NCBI GenBank assembly: GCA_965228895.1 | Contig: OZ245842.1 | Coordinates: forward strand, 2,208,001-2,272,000 | Reading direction: 5' to 3' | Length of the DNA: 64,000 nt | Source of the DNA: Alphaproteobacteria bacterium | GTDB taxonomy: Bacteria > Pseudomonadota > Alphaproteobacteria > SP197 | Shown: piece after piece, positions 45,881 to 56,825 of the stretch | How positions within the stretch are numbered: the first letter of the stretch is position 1 | How the letters are laid out: each line of letters opens with the position of its first letter | Position numbers and translations under genes: made by a program | The notes under the pieces: model-generated | Told to the model about the DNA's origin: nothing | What the model saw: only the letters and a program-made list of their open reading frames with translations | Databases searched by the model: none

Positions 45881-45921
45881 GGAACGGCTAAGCGGTTCAC
45901 CCCCGCCACGATCCGCTCTAG
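45881..45921. repeat. Degenerate half copy of the palindromic intergenic repeat at 63786-63849
   Basis: 32/41 ungapped identity to the reverse complement of 63786-63826; terminal 16 nt (CCACGATCCGCTCTAG) identical. Confidence 0.7.
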
Positions 45922-45930
45922 GTTGCCGCC

Positions 45931-46731
45931 ATGACAACGTTCACCGTCTATAACCTCGTGGCGCTGGCGTCGCTGCTGTCGGCCGCGTTGGTGCCATGGC
46001 GCCGCAGCGCCGGGCCGGATATCTGCTTTTGGTCGGCGCTTGGCCTGGCCTTGCTGGTCTGTGCGGCCTGGGCCGTCTTCCAGGTCGAACCGGCCTGGAG
46101 CGCGGGGTTTGCCACGGCGCTGTGGCTGACCATCGCGGCGACGTTGTTTGCGTTCGTGATCCTGGTTCTGCTGGTCCATGAAGCCTGGCGTCTGGCGCCG
46201 CTCCTGATGCCCTATCTCTTGCTGTTGGGGCTGTTGGCGACCTTGTGGAGCCAGACGGCTTCCGCCTCAGTGCCATCGGAGACGCCATTTGGCTGGTTTG
46301 CCGTCCATGTCGCGGTTTCGCTGGCGACCTATGTGTTGGTGACCTTGGCGGCAGTCGCAGGCGCGGCGGTTCTGGTCCAGGAACGGGCGCTCAAACGCCG
46401 GGCGCCCGGCCGTGTCAGCCGCAGTTTGCCGTCGATTGCCGATGCCGAACGCCTGGAGCATCGTCTGCTGGTCGCCGCAGAGATCATTTTGGGCCTGGGG
46501 ATCGTGACGGGCATGGCCGCCCAGTTCGCCGCCGATGGCAGCCTGATCAATATCGACCACAAGACCACCTTTGCGCTTGCCGCCTTTGTGGTGTTGGGCG
46601 GTCTTTTGATCGCCCAGCGGCTTTGGGGGCTCAGAGGACGCCGGGCGGCGCGGTACGTGCTGGTCGTCTATCTGCTGCTCACTTTGGCCTATCCGGGCGT
46701 GAAGTTTGTGACCGACGTCGTCATGGCCTAG
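45931..46731 (+). CDS. Cytochrome c assembly protein family (CcsA/YpjD-like) inner membrane protein
   Basis: About 8 TM helices; HVAVSLATY, QERALK, LPSIADAE, DHKT, GLRGRR. Confidence 0.82.
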   Translation: MTTFTVYNLVALASLLSAALVPWRRSAGPDICFWSALGLALLVCAAWAVFQVEPAWSAGFATALWLTIAATLFAFVILVLLVHEAWRLAPLLMPYLLLLGLLATLWSQTASASVPSETPFGWFAVHVAVSLATYVLVTLAAVAGAAVLVQERALKRRAPGRVSRSLPSIADAERLEHRLLVAAEIILGLGIVTGMAAQFAADGSLINIDHKTTFALAAFVVLGGLLIAQRLWGLRGRRAARYVLVVYLLLTLAYPGVKFVTDVVMA

Positions 46732-46769
46732 CGGTCGCCCGTGTCCGGCCCGGGCACGGTGTAGGACAT

Positions 46770-46844
46770 TTGCCATACCGCTGGTCGACCGCTATAACCT
46801 GCCCAAGTTTTAGGCAGGCAACCGTCTTGCACGAAAAATGAGCA
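46770..46844 (+). promoter_or_regulatory. sigma70 promoter of dusB-ntrBC with two NtrC-type operators
   Basis: TTGCCA (46770-75), 17 nt, TATAAC (46793-98). TGC-N11-GCA sites TGCCCAAGTTTTAGGCA (46800-16) and TGCACGAAAAATGAGCA (46828-44). Confidence 0.75.
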
Positions 46845-47827
46845 TTCGCATTGGTTCGTTGACGCTGGATAACCCGGTCCTGCTGGCACCCATGTCAGGG
46901 ATCACGGACAAGCCGTTTCGCCGCCTGGCCCGTCGTTTGGGTGCCGGTTTGGTGGTATCGGAAATGGTCGTGAGCCATGAGCTGATTAGCGGCTCGCGGG
47001 AAGGTCTGCGGCGCATCGATCACGATGGCGAGGCCGAAGCGCCGGTCGTCATCCAGCTTGCGGGCAACGACGCCGGGCTGATGGCTGAAGGCGCGCGGAT
47101 TGCGGCCGACAAAGGCGCTGCGGTCATCGATATCAACATGGGCTGTCCGGCCAAGAAGGTATGCGGTGGTTTCGCTGGTTCAGCACTCATGAAAGACATG
47201 AAAAAGGCGACGGATATCATTGAAAAGACTGTAGAAGCCGTCGATGTTCCTGTGACTCTCAAGATGCGTGCAGGCTGGGATGACAGCAACCGCAACGCGC
47301 CCAACCTGGCGCGCGCCGCCGAAGATCTGGGGGTCGCCATGGTGACGGTTCATGGCCGCACACGCTGTCAGTTTTACAAAGGGCGCGCGGACTGGCGTTT
47401 TATCGGCGAGGTCAAGGATGCCGTTCGTGTTCCGGTCGTGGCAAATGGCGACGTGACAGGCTTTGCTGCGGCAGGCGCCATCAAGGCCCAGTCTGGCGCC
47501 GATGGCATCATGGTCGGGCGTGCGTGCTATGGCCGGCCCTGGCTGCCGGGCCTTTTGGCGGCTTTTCTGGCAACCGGCGAAAAGCCCGCCGAACCGGATC
47601 TCGACGAGCGCCGGGCCATCGTACTGGAGCACTTTGACGGCATGATCGCCCATCACGGGCCGCTCTATGGGGTCCGTTGTTTTCGCAAACACTTTGCCTG
47701 GTATGCCGACGACCTGCCCGATGGCGCGATGTGGCGCGCGAAGGTCAATCGCCAGGACGACGAACATGCTGTCCGGCAGACCATTGCCGAGATCTTCGAT
47801 ACGGCGCAAGAGCGCCTGGCCGCATGA
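46838..47827 (+). CDS. dusB: tRNA-dihydrouridine synthase B (NifR3)
   Basis: LAPMSGITD, DINMGCP, GSALM, HGRTR, ANGD. Confidence 0.96.
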   Translation: MSIRIGSLTLDNPVLLAPMSGITDKPFRRLARRLGAGLVVSEMVVSHELISGSREGLRRIDHDGEAEAPVVIQLAGNDAGLMAEGARIAADKGAAVIDINMGCPAKKVCGGFAGSALMKDMKKATDIIEKTVEAVDVPVTLKMRAGWDDSNRNAPNLARAAEDLGVAMVTVHGRTRCQFYKGRADWRFIGEVKDAVRVPVVANGDVTGFAAAGAIKAQSGADGIMVGRACYGRPWLPGLLAAFLATGEKPAEPDLDERRAIVLEHFDGMIAHHGPLYGVRCFRKHFAWYADDLPDGAMWRAKVNRQDDEHAVRQTIAEIFDTAQERLAA

Positions 47828-48930
47828 ACATCCTGCAGGCACGCCTTCAGTCACGGACGGAGCCGCATGTCGGCCACGACGCGCTTTTGGAACTGGTGCC
47901 TGACGCGCTGGTGGCGGTCGACGGCACGGATGTCATCTGTTTTGCGAATAGCGCCGCAGAACAGTTCTTCGGCGTCAGCCGGCGCCAGCTCCATGGTGCG
48001 ACGCTGGCCGGGATCTTGGACTCCGACGCACCGGTTCTTCTGATGGCAGCGACGGCGCGCGAGCAGCGCGGCATTGTCAGCGAGCGCGAAATGCGGGTAA
48101 CCGCGCGTAACGGCAAGCTCCGTGAGGTCTGCGATGTCCAATGCGCAGCCGATCCCCACGGCAGCGGCCTTGTACTGATCACCTTCAGGCCACGGCTTCT
48201 TTCCGATCAACTGCGCCGGCACAGCCACACACGGGGCGCCGTACGGTCCGTCGCTGGCCTGGCGGCATCCCTGGCGCATGAGGTCAAGAACCCGTTGTCA
48301 GGCATTCGCGGCGCCGCGCAGCTCCTGGAGCGCAATGTCGACGAGGCCGACCAAAGCCTGACGCGTTTGATTGCCGAGGAAGTGGATCGGATCTGCGGCC
48401 TGCTCGACCGCATGGAGGTGTTTTCGGAGAAACACCCGATGCCGCGGCGCGCGGTGAACATGCACGAGGTTCTCGATCATGTCGCTCAGCTTGCGCGCGC
48501 TGGCTTCGCCCAAAATTGCACTATCGTCGAAGACTATGACCCGTCGTTGCCTGCCGTCATGGCCAACCGTGACGCCATGATCCAGGTCGTTTTGAATCTG
48601 GTGAAGAACGCCGTTGATGCCGGTGCAGACACCGTTCGTCTGCAGACGGCGTATGGCACAAGTCTGCGCGCGGGCGAGGGCGCGGCCAGCGGCGGCGCAC
48701 TGCTGCCGTTCACCCTGAATGTCGAGGATGACGGGCCGGGCATCGCCAAAGATGTCGCCGAACACGTTTTCGAGCCTTTTGTCACCAGCCGCGTCGATGG
48801 CTCCGGGCTGGGGTTGGCGCTGGTCGCCAAGATCGTTGACGATCACGGCGGTCTGGTCACATTCGAGTCCGAACCTGGAGATACCTGCTTCACGATCGCT
48901 TTGCCGCTGGCGCCGGCGGAGGAGGCCTGA
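47824..48930 (+). CDS. ntrB: Nitrogen regulation sensor kinase NtrB
   Basis: PAS domain, [30 protein letters not shown]. Confidence 0.95.
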   Translation: MNILQARLQSRTEPHVGHDALLELVPDALVAVDGTDVICFANSAAEQFFGVSRRQLHGATLAGILDSDAPVLLMAATAREQRGIVSEREMRVTARNGKLREVCDVQCAADPHGSGLVLITFRPRLLSDQLRRHSHTRGAVRSVAGLAASLAHEVKNPLSGIRGAAQLLERNVDEADQSLTRLIAEEVDRICGLLDRMEVFSEKHPMPRRAVNMHEVLDHVAQLARAGFAQNCTIVEDYDPSLPAVMANRDAMIQVVLNLVKNAVDAGADTVRLQTAYGTSLRAGEGAASGGALLPFTLNVEDDGPGIAKDVAEHVFEPFVTSRVDGSGLGLALVAKIVDDHGGLVTFESEPGDTCFTIALPLAPAEEA

Positions 48931-50375
48931 TGGCCGAGAGCACCACCATCCTGGTGGCTGACGATGATCGGGCGATGCGTGCGGTCCTGGTCCATGCGCT
49001 CGAACGCGAAGGTCATAACGTGCGGGCAACCGACAAGGCCGAGACCCTGTCGGACTGGGTCGCCGCCGGCGACGGCGATCTCGTGATTACCGATGTGGTG
49101 ATGCCGGACGGCAATGGGCTCGACTTGCTGCCGCGTATGCGCCAGCGCCGGCCCGAGCTGCCGGTGATCGTCATGAGCGCCCACGCGACACTTTTGACGG
49201 CGGTCAAGGCAGCGCGTAGCGGTGCTTATGACTATCTGGCCAAGCCGTTCGACCTAGACAAGCTGATGACGCTGGTCGGGCGCGCCCTGACGGCCTCGGA
49301 GCCGTCGGGTGCGGATGTCGTCGAGGACGGTGATGCGCCGCTTCTGGTCGGCAACTCGCCGGCGATGCAGGAGATCTATCGCGCTATCGGTCGTCTGGCG
49401 ATGACCGACCTGACCGTCACCATCGTCGGCGAGTCCGGTTCGGGCAAGGAACTGGTCGCCCGCGCGCTGCACGAATACGGCAACCGCCGCGATGGACCAT
49501 TCGTTGCCGTCAATGTGGCGGCGATCCCGCGCGATCTGATCGAAAGCGAGTTGTTCGGGCATGCGCGTGGTGCGTTCACCGGCGCCCATACCCGCCGCCA
49601 GGGCCGGTTTGAGCAGGCACAGGGCGGGACCCTGTTTTTGGACGAGATCGGCGATATGCCGGCCGATGCCCAGACCCGGCTGCTGCGGGTGCTTCAGGAA
49701 GGCGAGTTTAGCGCTGTCGGCAGCCAGACGCCGGTTCATAGCGATGTCCGGGTCATCGCGGCAACCCATCGGGACCTGAGGCAACTGATCGATCAGGGCC
49801 TGTTTCGTGAGGATCTTTACTACCGTCTGAACGTTGTCCCGTTGCGTTTGCCGCCACTGCGTGAGCGCCGCCAGGACATTCCGGTTCTGGCGCGCCACTT
49901 CCTGAAGACGGCCATGGACAGCGGTTTGCCGCGCAAGACATTCGACGAAGACGCCATCGACGCTCTGGTCGCCCATAGCTGGCCCGGCAATGTCCGCGAG
50001 CTCGAAAACGTCATTCGTCGTCTCGCCGTTCTGGTCGCCGACGACACCATCGGCGCGCCGGACATACAGGCCCAGTTGGAGGACGCGTCGGCGCCGAAGT
50101 CGGCAGCGTCGGCCAACGGCCTCTCAGAGAGTGTCGAACAGCATTTGCAGACCTATTTCGATGCCCATGGCGACGGCCTGCCGACCGCCGGTCTTTATGA
50201 CCGGATCCTGCGGGAGGTCGAGCGGCCGCTGATCATGCTGACCTTGGCAGCGACAAACGGCAACCAACTGCGCGCCGCCGATGTTCTCGGCATCAACCGC
50301 AACACGCTGCGCAAGAAGATCCGCGACCTCGACATCACGGTGGCGCGCGGGCACGGGGGCCAGGATGGCCGATAG
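48930..50375 (+). CDS. ntrC: Nitrogen regulation response regulator NtrC
   Basis: Receiver domain, [21 protein letters not shown], Fis-type [11 protein letters not shown]. Confidence 0.96.
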   Translation: MAESTTILVADDDRAMRAVLVHALEREGHNVRATDKAETLSDWVAAGDGDLVITDVVMPDGNGLDLLPRMRQRRPELPVIVMSAHATLLTAVKAARSGAYDYLAKPFDLDKLMTLVGRALTASEPSGADVVEDGDAPLLVGNSPAMQEIYRAIGRLAMTDLTVTIVGESGSGKELVARALHEYGNRRDGPFVAVNVAAIPRDLIESELFGHARGAFTGAHTRRQGRFEQAQGGTLFLDEIGDMPADAQTRLLRVLQEGEFSAVGSQTPVHSDVRVIAATHRDLRQLIDQGLFREDLYYRLNVVPLRLPPLRERRQDIPVLARHFLKTAMDSGLPRKTFDEDAIDALVAHSWPGNVRELENVIRRLAVLVADDTIGAPDIQAQLEDASAPKSAASANGLSESVEQHLQTYFDAHGDGLPTAGLYDRILREVERPLIMLTLAATNGNQLRAADVLGINRNTLRKKIRDLDITVARGHGGQDGR

Positions 50376-52662
50376 CGCGGCGCGGGAGCCAAGGCGGTCG
50401 TTCCTGGTGACACCCTGGCTGTGGGTTCGCCGTCAGGCACTGACCGGGCGTCTGGCTTTTGCCTTGGTCATCGCCGCGGTCATCTCCGGTTTTGCGACCT
50501 ATGGCGCTTTGACCCAATCGGGACCGTTCGGGCCCGACATCGAGACCGTCATCATCCTGCTGAACATCGATCTGGTCATCCTGCTGTTGCTGGGTGTGGT
50601 CGTGGCGCGCCGACTGGTCGCGCTGTGGGCGGAGCGGCGGCGCGGCAGCGCTGGCTCGAAACTTCATTCGCGTCTGGTCGCGATGTTTTCGATCGCCGCC
50701 ATCACACCGGCGATCCTGGTCGGTGTCTTCTCCGCGCTGTTCTTCACCTTGGGGCTGGAGGCGTGGTTCAGCGAGCGGGTCAAAACGGCGCTGGACGATT
50801 CCCTTGAGGTCGCGGAGGCCTATTCCGAAGAGCATCGCGGCAACATCCGTGCGCATGTGCTTGCCATGGCTCGTGACCTCGACCTGGCCGGTCCCAATGT
50901 CTTGTGGGATCAGCGCCAACTCAGCTTCTTTCTCGATGCGCAGGCGGCGCTCCGGGAACTCTCCGAAGCGGTTGTCGTGCGTGGCGATGGTCGGGTCCTC
51001 GGGCAAACCCGGCTTAGTTTTTCGCTGGCACTTCAGCCACTCGACAGCGAACTGGTCGACCTCGTTTCGCCGAACGAGGTCGTGATCATGACCAGCGACA
51101 GTGGTGACCGGGTGCGCGCCCTAACCGAACTGGACGCCCTGCCGGATACGTACCTGGTCGTTGGGCGGCTCGTCGATCCACGTGTGACCCGTCACATCGA
51201 CGAGGTTATTCAGGCGGTCGGTGAGTTTCAGGTGCTGGAGGGGCGCCGGTCTGATCTGCAGATCGTGTTTGCCCTGGTCTATGTCGTGTCAGCGCTGCTG
51301 CTGCTGTTTGCGGCGATATGGTTCGCGCTTAACTTCGCGACCCGTCTGGTTCGCCCGGTCATCGCCTTGGTCGCGGCTGCCGAGCGGGTGCGTGCCGGCG
51401 ATTTGACCGCGCGGGTCCCGGATGCCGGCGCGTCCGACGAGTTGGGGACCCTGAGCCGTGCCTTCAACCGTATGACCGGACAGTTATCGGCCCAGCGGCG
51501 CGATCTAATCGAGGCCAACCGCCAAATTGATTCCAGGCGGCGGTTCACCGAATCCGTGCTGTCAGGCGTTAGTGCCGGCGTCATTGGCCTGGATGCAGAC
51601 GGCAACATCGAACTCCCCAACCGGTCGTCGATAGACCTTCTGGGCCTCTCTCCCGACGACATAATCGGACGTCCGCTACAGGAGGAACTGCCCGAGGTGG
51701 CCGGCCTGCTTGACGCGGTCATGCGCGATCATCTCTCGCGCGTGGATGGCGATGTCGAAATCGAGCGCCACGGCATGACGCGCAATCTGACTGTCCGGAT
51801 CACGGCGGAATCGACCATCGACCAGGCCGGAGAGCGGGGCACACAAGAAGTCGAACGGATGGGTTACGTCGTCACCTTCGACGATATCACCCCGTTGATC
51901 GCCGCGCAGCGTAAGGCAGCGTGGGCCGATGTCGCGCGCCGGATCGCGCATGAGATCAAAAACCCGCTTACGCCCATCCAGTTGTCGGCTGAACGGCTGA
52001 AGCGCAAGTACATGAGCGAGGTTCGCACCGACCCCGATGTCTTCGCCGCTTGCACCGATACCATCGTTCGCCAGGTCGGCGATCTCCGGCACATCGTCAA
52101 CGAGTTCTCGAACTTTGCGCGCATGCCGGCGCCGGAGTTCGCGTCGGAAGACATGGTTCAACTGATTGACCGTGCTGTGACGCTGCAGGAAGTCGGTGAC
52201 ACCGGCATCACGTTTGTGAGACAGCTGCCGGACGAACCGGTTGCAGTGCAATGCGATGCCCGCCAATTTGGTCAGGTCTTCAACAACTTGATCCAGAATG
52301 CGATCGACGCGATCGACTCGCGTCAGGCAAAAGATCCGGCTGCGCCGGCTGGTAAGATCAGGGTCAAGGTTGCCGAAGACAACGACCACTGTATCATCGA
52401 GGTCCACGACAACGGTCGGGGTTTGCCTGCCGGGTCGCGCGACAAACTGTTTGAGCCTTATGTGACACACCGAGACAAAGGTACCGGACTGGGATTGGCG
52501 ATCGCCCAACGCATTGTTGCCGAACATGGCGGCACGTTGACGCTTGGCGACAGTCCCGATGGTGGTGCGTGCGCGCGAATCAGTCTCTTGCTCCAGCGCG
52601 GCGACGCTCAGTCATCGACCCATGGCAATGCGCCACGAAAGGTAGCCGGTCATGGCGCATGA
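50365..52662 (+). CDS. ntrY: Sensor histidine kinase NtrY
   Basis: TM region, [34 protein letters not shown]. Confidence 0.95.
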   Translation: MADSAAREPRRSFLVTPWLWVRRQALTGRLAFALVIAAVISGFATYGALTQSGPFGPDIETVIILLNIDLVILLLLGVVVARRLVALWAERRRGSAGSKLHSRLVAMFSIAAITPAILVGVFSALFFTLGLEAWFSERVKTALDDSLEVAEAYSEEHRGNIRAHVLAMARDLDLAGPNVLWDQRQLSFFLDAQAALRELSEAVVVRGDGRVLGQTRLSFSLALQPLDSELVDLVSPNEVVIMTSDSGDRVRALTELDALPDTYLVVGRLVDPRVTRHIDEVIQAVGEFQVLEGRRSDLQIVFALVYVVSALLLLFAAIWFALNFATRLVRPVIALVAAAERVRAGDLTARVPDAGASDELGTLSRAFNRMTGQLSAQRRDLIEANRQIDSRRRFTESVLSGVSAGVIGLDADGNIELPNRSSIDLLGLSPDDIIGRPLQEELPEVAGLLDAVMRDHLSRVDGDVEIERHGMTRNLTVRITAESTIDQAGERGTQEVERMGYVVTFDDITPLIAAQRKAAWADVARRIAHEIKNPLTPIQLSAERLKRKYMSEVRTDPDVFAACTDTIVRQVGDLRHIVNEFSNFARMPAPEFASEDMVQLIDRAVTLQEVGDTGITFVRQLPDEPVAVQCDARQFGQVFNNLIQNAIDAIDSRQAKDPAAPAGKIRVKVAEDNDHCIIEVHDNGRGLPAGSRDKLFEPYVTHRDKGTGLGLAIAQRIVAEHGGTLTLGDSPDGGACARISLLLQRGDAQSSTHGNAPRKVAGHGA

Positions 52663-54064
52663 CATTTTGATCGTCGACGACGAGGCCGACATCCGCACTG
52701 CGCTGGGCGGCCTGTTGGATGACGAGGGATTGGTCACGCGCGGCGCTGCCGACAGCACGTCGGCGCTGGAGGCCCTTGCGGCCCGACGCCCTTCGCTGCT
52801 GATCCTCGACATCTGGCTGCAAGGCAGCGAGATGGACGGGCTGGAGTTGCTCGACGTCGTGGTCGAGGAGTATCCGGGTCTGCCGGTCATCATGATCAGC
52901 GGTCATGGCAATATCGAAACGGCTGTCTCGGCTATCAAAAAGGGTGCCTATGACTTCATCGAGAAACCGTTTCAGGTCGACCGGCTACTGTTGGTGGTCG
53001 AGCGGGCCATTGAAGCGGCCAGGCTGAAGCGGGAAGTCGCCGAGCTGCGCCAGCGCGCGGGTACCGAGTACGAACTGGTTGGCGATTCCGGTGAACTCAA
53101 TCAGGTGCGCGCGGCTGTTAAACGTGTTGCGCCGACCGGCAGCCGGGTCTTGATCACCGGGCCAGCCGGGTCCGGCAAAGAAGTGGTCGCGCGGCTGTTG
53201 CACCGCCAATCGACCCGTTGCGATGGTCCATTCGTTGTCATCAATGCGGCGACCATGGCACCGGACCGCATGGAGATGGAGCTGTTCGGGGTCGAGCAGG
53301 GCGCCCTTGGCGCGGATTCGCCGAGCACGACCGGCACCTTCGAAACGGCCCATGGCGGGACCTTGTTCCTGGATCAAGTGTCCGACATGCCGTTGGAGAC
53401 CCAGGGCAAAATCCTTCGTGTCCTCCAGGAGCAGACCTTCGTGCGGGTCGGCGGCAGCGCGCCAGTCGAGGTTGATGTCCGCGTCATCGCCGCATCCAAT
53501 CGGGACCTGACGGCTGAGATCACGGCCGGGACGTTTCGCGAGGACCTCTACTACCGCCTTAACGTCGTGCCTCTTCGTGTGCCGGCCTTGACCGAACGGC
53601 GCGAGGATATCCCCCACCTTGCCCGCTACTTTCTCGAACGCGCGGCCGAAAGCCACGGGTTGCCGGTGCGTGAGATTTCCGAAGACGCGATGGCCGCTTT
53701 GCGGGCTGCGGATTGGCCAGGCAATGTGCGGCAATTGCGCAATGTGATGGATTGGCTCTTGATCATGGCGCCGGAAGACGAGCGCGGCCGAATCACCGCC
53801 GACATGCTGCCGCCGGAAATCGCTGCCGGATCGCCATTGCCGGTGCGCACCGAAGAAGACGCCGAATTGATGACCATGCCGCTGCGCGAGGCGCGTGAGG
53901 TGTTTGAGCGGCAATACCTGAACGCTCAGCTTGTACGCTTTGGCGGCAATATCTCGCGGACCGCGACCTTTGTCGGCATGGAGCGGTCGGCTTTGCACCG
54001 GAAACTCAAGGCGCTTGGCGTCGGTGAGGAGCCGCGTGCCGTGGCTCAGTCGAACCGCGCCTGA
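52652..54064 (+). CDS. ntrX: Response regulator NtrX
   Basis: LDIWLQGS, ISGHGNIETAV, AAA+ domain without [21 protein letters not shown]. Confidence 0.96.
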   Translation: MAHDILIVDDEADIRTALGGLLDDEGLVTRGAADSTSALEALAARRPSLLILDIWLQGSEMDGLELLDVVVEEYPGLPVIMISGHGNIETAVSAIKKGAYDFIEKPFQVDRLLLVVERAIEAARLKREVAELRQRAGTEYELVGDSGELNQVRAAVKRVAPTGSRVLITGPAGSGKEVVARLLHRQSTRCDGPFVVINAATMAPDRMEMELFGVEQGALGADSPSTTGTFETAHGGTLFLDQVSDMPLETQGKILRVLQEQTFVRVGGSAPVEVDVRVIAASNRDLTAEITAGTFREDLYYRLNVVPLRVPALTERREDIPHLARYFLERAAESHGLPVREISEDAMAALRAADWPGNVRQLRNVMDWLLIMAPEDERGRITADMLPPEIAAGSPLPVRTEEDAELMTMPLREAREVFERQYLNAQLVRFGGNISRTATFVGMERSALHRKLKALGVGEEPRAVAQSNRA

Positions 54065-54079
54065 GAGTAGGCAACGACC

Positions 54080-55456
54080 ATGCAAGTTATCGTTTGTGGC
54101 GCTGGCCAGGTCGGCTTCAATATCGCGCGTTACCTGGCGAGCGAGGCTAATGATGTCACGGTCATCGACATGGACGCCGGCCGGGTCAAGAGCGTAACCG
54201 ATACGATTGACGTCAAGGGATTGGTCGGTTTTGCGTCACATCCGCCGGTGCTGCAGGAGGCTGGTGCCGACGACGCCGACATGCTGATCGCCGTCACCCA
54301 TGCCGATGAGGTCAACATGGTGGCCTGTCAGGTCGCCCATTCGCAGTTCAACGTGCCGACCAAGATCGCCCGGGTGCGCCATCAGTCCTATCTGGACCCG
54401 GCGTGGCGCAACATGTTCAGCCGCGACCACATGCCGATCGACGTCATCATCTCGCCCGAGGTCGAGGTCGCTCGCGCCATTATTCGGCGCCTTGAGGTTC
54501 CCGGCGCGCTCGATGTCATCCCGATGGCCGGCGACAAGGTGCGCGCCATCGCGGTGCGTTGCATGCCCGACTGTCCGGTGGTCGACACGCCGCTTTATGA
54601 ACTTACGGAACTGTTTCCCGACCTGCATATCTTTGTCGTCGGCATCATCCGCGATGACGAGCTAATCGTGCCGCGTCCGGAGATGGAGATGCGCGAGGGC
54701 GACGAGGTCTATTTCGTGGCCGATACCGAGCACGTGCGGCGCGGCATGGTCGCGTTCGGCCATGACGAGCCGGAGGCACGGCGGATCATCATTGTCGGTG
54801 GCGGCAATATCGGTTTGTTCGTCGCCCGTGAGCTCGAGGCAGGCCAGGGCGACGTCCGCGCGAAGCTCATCGAGGTCGATGAAGATCGGGCCAGAAGCGT
54901 GGCCGATTCGCTGAACCGCACGACGGTCCTTTTGGGCGATGCCCTGGAGCAGGAAATCCTCAACGAGGCGAATGTCAGCCAGTCCGAGGCCGTGGTCGCC
55001 GTCTCGAACGACGACGAGGTGAACATCCTGTCATCGCTGTTGGCCAAACGGCTTGGCGCCGGCTGGGCGATCACGCTGGTCAACAGCATGAGTTACGGGC
55101 CACTGGTCGGCAATCTGGGTATCGATGTGGTGGTCAACCCGCGCGGCTCGACGGTCTCGACCATCCTGCAGCACGTGCGCCGAGGCCGTATCCGCGGCGT
55201 GCACAGCGTCCGCGAGGGCGCCGGCGAGTTCATCGAGGCCGAGGCGTTGGACACGTCGAGCATTGCCGGAAAGCGCATCCGGGATATCAAGCTGCCCAAA
55301 GGTATTCTGATTGGCTCTATCGTGCGCGGTAACGAGGTTATCATTCCGCGCGGCGACACCACTATCATGGCCAAGGACCGCGTTGTGCTGTTCACCAACG
55401 CCGATCTCGTCCGTAAGGTGGAAAAGCTCTTCTCGGTAGGCCTGGAGTTCTTCTGA
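54080..55456 (+). CDS. trkA: Trk system potassium uptake protein TrkA
   Basis: GAGQVG and GGGNIG RCK domains, DEVNMVACQVA. Confidence 0.96.
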   Translation: MQVIVCGAGQVGFNIARYLASEANDVTVIDMDAGRVKSVTDTIDVKGLVGFASHPPVLQEAGADDADMLIAVTHADEVNMVACQVAHSQFNVPTKIARVRHQSYLDPAWRNMFSRDHMPIDVIISPEVEVARAIIRRLEVPGALDVIPMAGDKVRAIAVRCMPDCPVVDTPLYELTELFPDLHIFVVGIIRDDELIVPRPEMEMREGDEVYFVADTEHVRRGMVAFGHDEPEARRIIIVGGGNIGLFVARELEAGQGDVRAKLIEVDEDRARSVADSLNRTTVLLGDALEQEILNEANVSQSEAVVAVSNDDEVNILSSLLAKRLGAGWAITLVNSMSYGPLVGNLGIDVVVNPRGSTVSTILQHVRRGRIRGVHSVREGAGEFIEAEALDTSSIAGKRIRDIKLPKGILIGSIVRGNEVIIPRGDTTIMAKDRVVLFTNADLVRKVEKLFSVGLEFF

Positions 55457-55537
55457 TCCCGTCCGACCTCGGGTATAAGGGGGCAGGGTGAGGCTCAGCC
55501 AAAACCAAAATCAAGACGCGTAGATTGCGAGGACACG

Positions 55538-56407
55538 ATGTCACGTGTTGCTTATGTGAACGGGCGCTATGTGCCGCACGCCAAGGCGCAGGTCAGTATC
55601 GACGACCGCGGCCACGTGTTTGCCGATGGCGTCTATGAGGTGACGCTGGTCGTTGGCGGTCGGATGATCGATCTGGAGGGCCATGTCGTGCGGCTGGAAC
55701 GATCGCTGCGTGAACTGGATATGCCGCAGCCGATGTCAAGCCGCGCGCTGATTCACATCATGAATCAGACCATCAAGCGCAACCGTGTGAAAGACGGCAT
55801 GGTCTATCTGCAGGTGAACCGCGGGACGGCGCCGCGCAACCACGTCTACGAGAACGATGACTTGCAGCCTTCCGTCGTGTGTACGGCCAAGTCCGTTGCG
55901 CTGCCAAGCGATGCCGACAAGGTTGATGGGGTGAAGGTGATTTCCCAGCCCGATATCCGCTGGGGACGGGTCGATATCAAGACTGTGTCGCTGTTGCCCA
56001 ACGCGCTCGCCAAGACAGCCGCCGCCAAGGAAGGCGCTTATGAGGCTTTTCTGGTCGACGATGACGGCTATGTCACGGAGTGCAGCGCCTCGAACGCCTG
56101 GATTGTCGACAAGGACGGCCGTGTCGTTACCCGCCCGCTGAGCCATGAGATTCTGCCGGGCATCACCCGCGACAGAGTGATTAAGCTGGCGAAAGAGAAT
56201 GGTATCGAAGTGGTCGAGCGCCCCTTCACATTGGCCGAGGCCAAGAGTGCGCGCGAAGCGTTTTTGACCAGCACCACGTCGTTCGTAAAACCGGTAACCC
56301 AGATCGACGATGTCACGATTGGCAACGGTCATCCGGGCACGGTGACCAGGACATTGCTGGGTGCGTATCTTGATTTCATTCGGGAAATCAAACAGCCGGC
56401 TACTTAG
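55538..56407 (+). CDS. dat: D-amino-acid transaminase (class IV PLP enzyme)
   Basis: DRGHVFADGVYE, RWGRVDIKT, ILPGITR, EAFLTSTT. Confidence 0.88.
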   Translation: MSRVAYVNGRYVPHAKAQVSIDDRGHVFADGVYEVTLVVGGRMIDLEGHVVRLERSLRELDMPQPMSSRALIHIMNQTIKRNRVKDGMVYLQVNRGTAPRNHVYENDDLQPSVVCTAKSVALPSDADKVDGVKVISQPDIRWGRVDIKTVSLLPNALAKTAAAKEGAYEAFLVDDDGYVTECSASNAWIVDKDGRVVTRPLSHEILPGITRDRVIKLAKENGIEVVERPFTLAEAKSAREAFLTSTTSFVKPVTQIDDVTIGNGHPGTVTRTLLGAYLDFIREIKQPAT

Positions 56408-56567
56408 GCGTTGGATTCCTGCTTAATCGCAACCATGTGTTTTGGGGGGTTGTACGGATCGGGTTCCCCGGCCTAGGCTAGCCCGCCAAACGATAGATCG
56501 GACCGACGGCAACGCAGCCAACAAAAAAACCGGTACCGACAAAAATAAAAGGGGGAGGAGGCACGGC

Positions 56568-56825
56568 ATGTCAAATGACAAGCCACAGAATTTGCAGGAC
56601 ACGTTTCTCAACAACGTACGCAAGAACAAGCTGCCGGTGACGATCTTTCTCGTCAACGGAGTCAAACTGCAGGGCGTGATTACCTGGTTCGATAACTTCT
56701 GCATGCTGCTGCGCCGCGACGGCCATTCGCAGCTGGTCTATAAACACGCGGTCTCTACCGTCATGCCTTCGGCACCGGTACGCCTGTTCGATCAGGAAGA
56801 GACCGAGGAGACCGCCAACGCCTGA
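56568..56825 (+). CDS. hfq: RNA chaperone Hfq
   Basis: [28 protein letters not shown]; A-rich leader and GGAGG SD. Confidence 0.99.
   Translation: MSNDKPQNLQDTFLNNVRKNKLPVTIFLVNGVKLQGVITWFDNFCMLLRRDGHSQLVYKHAVSTVMPSAPVRLFDQEETEETANA

Noticed and set aside
54080-55456. trkA without an adjacent trkH
   Set aside because: The ntrX-trkA-dat-hfq-hflX order occurs in other Alphaproteobacteria; trkH may be elsewhere.
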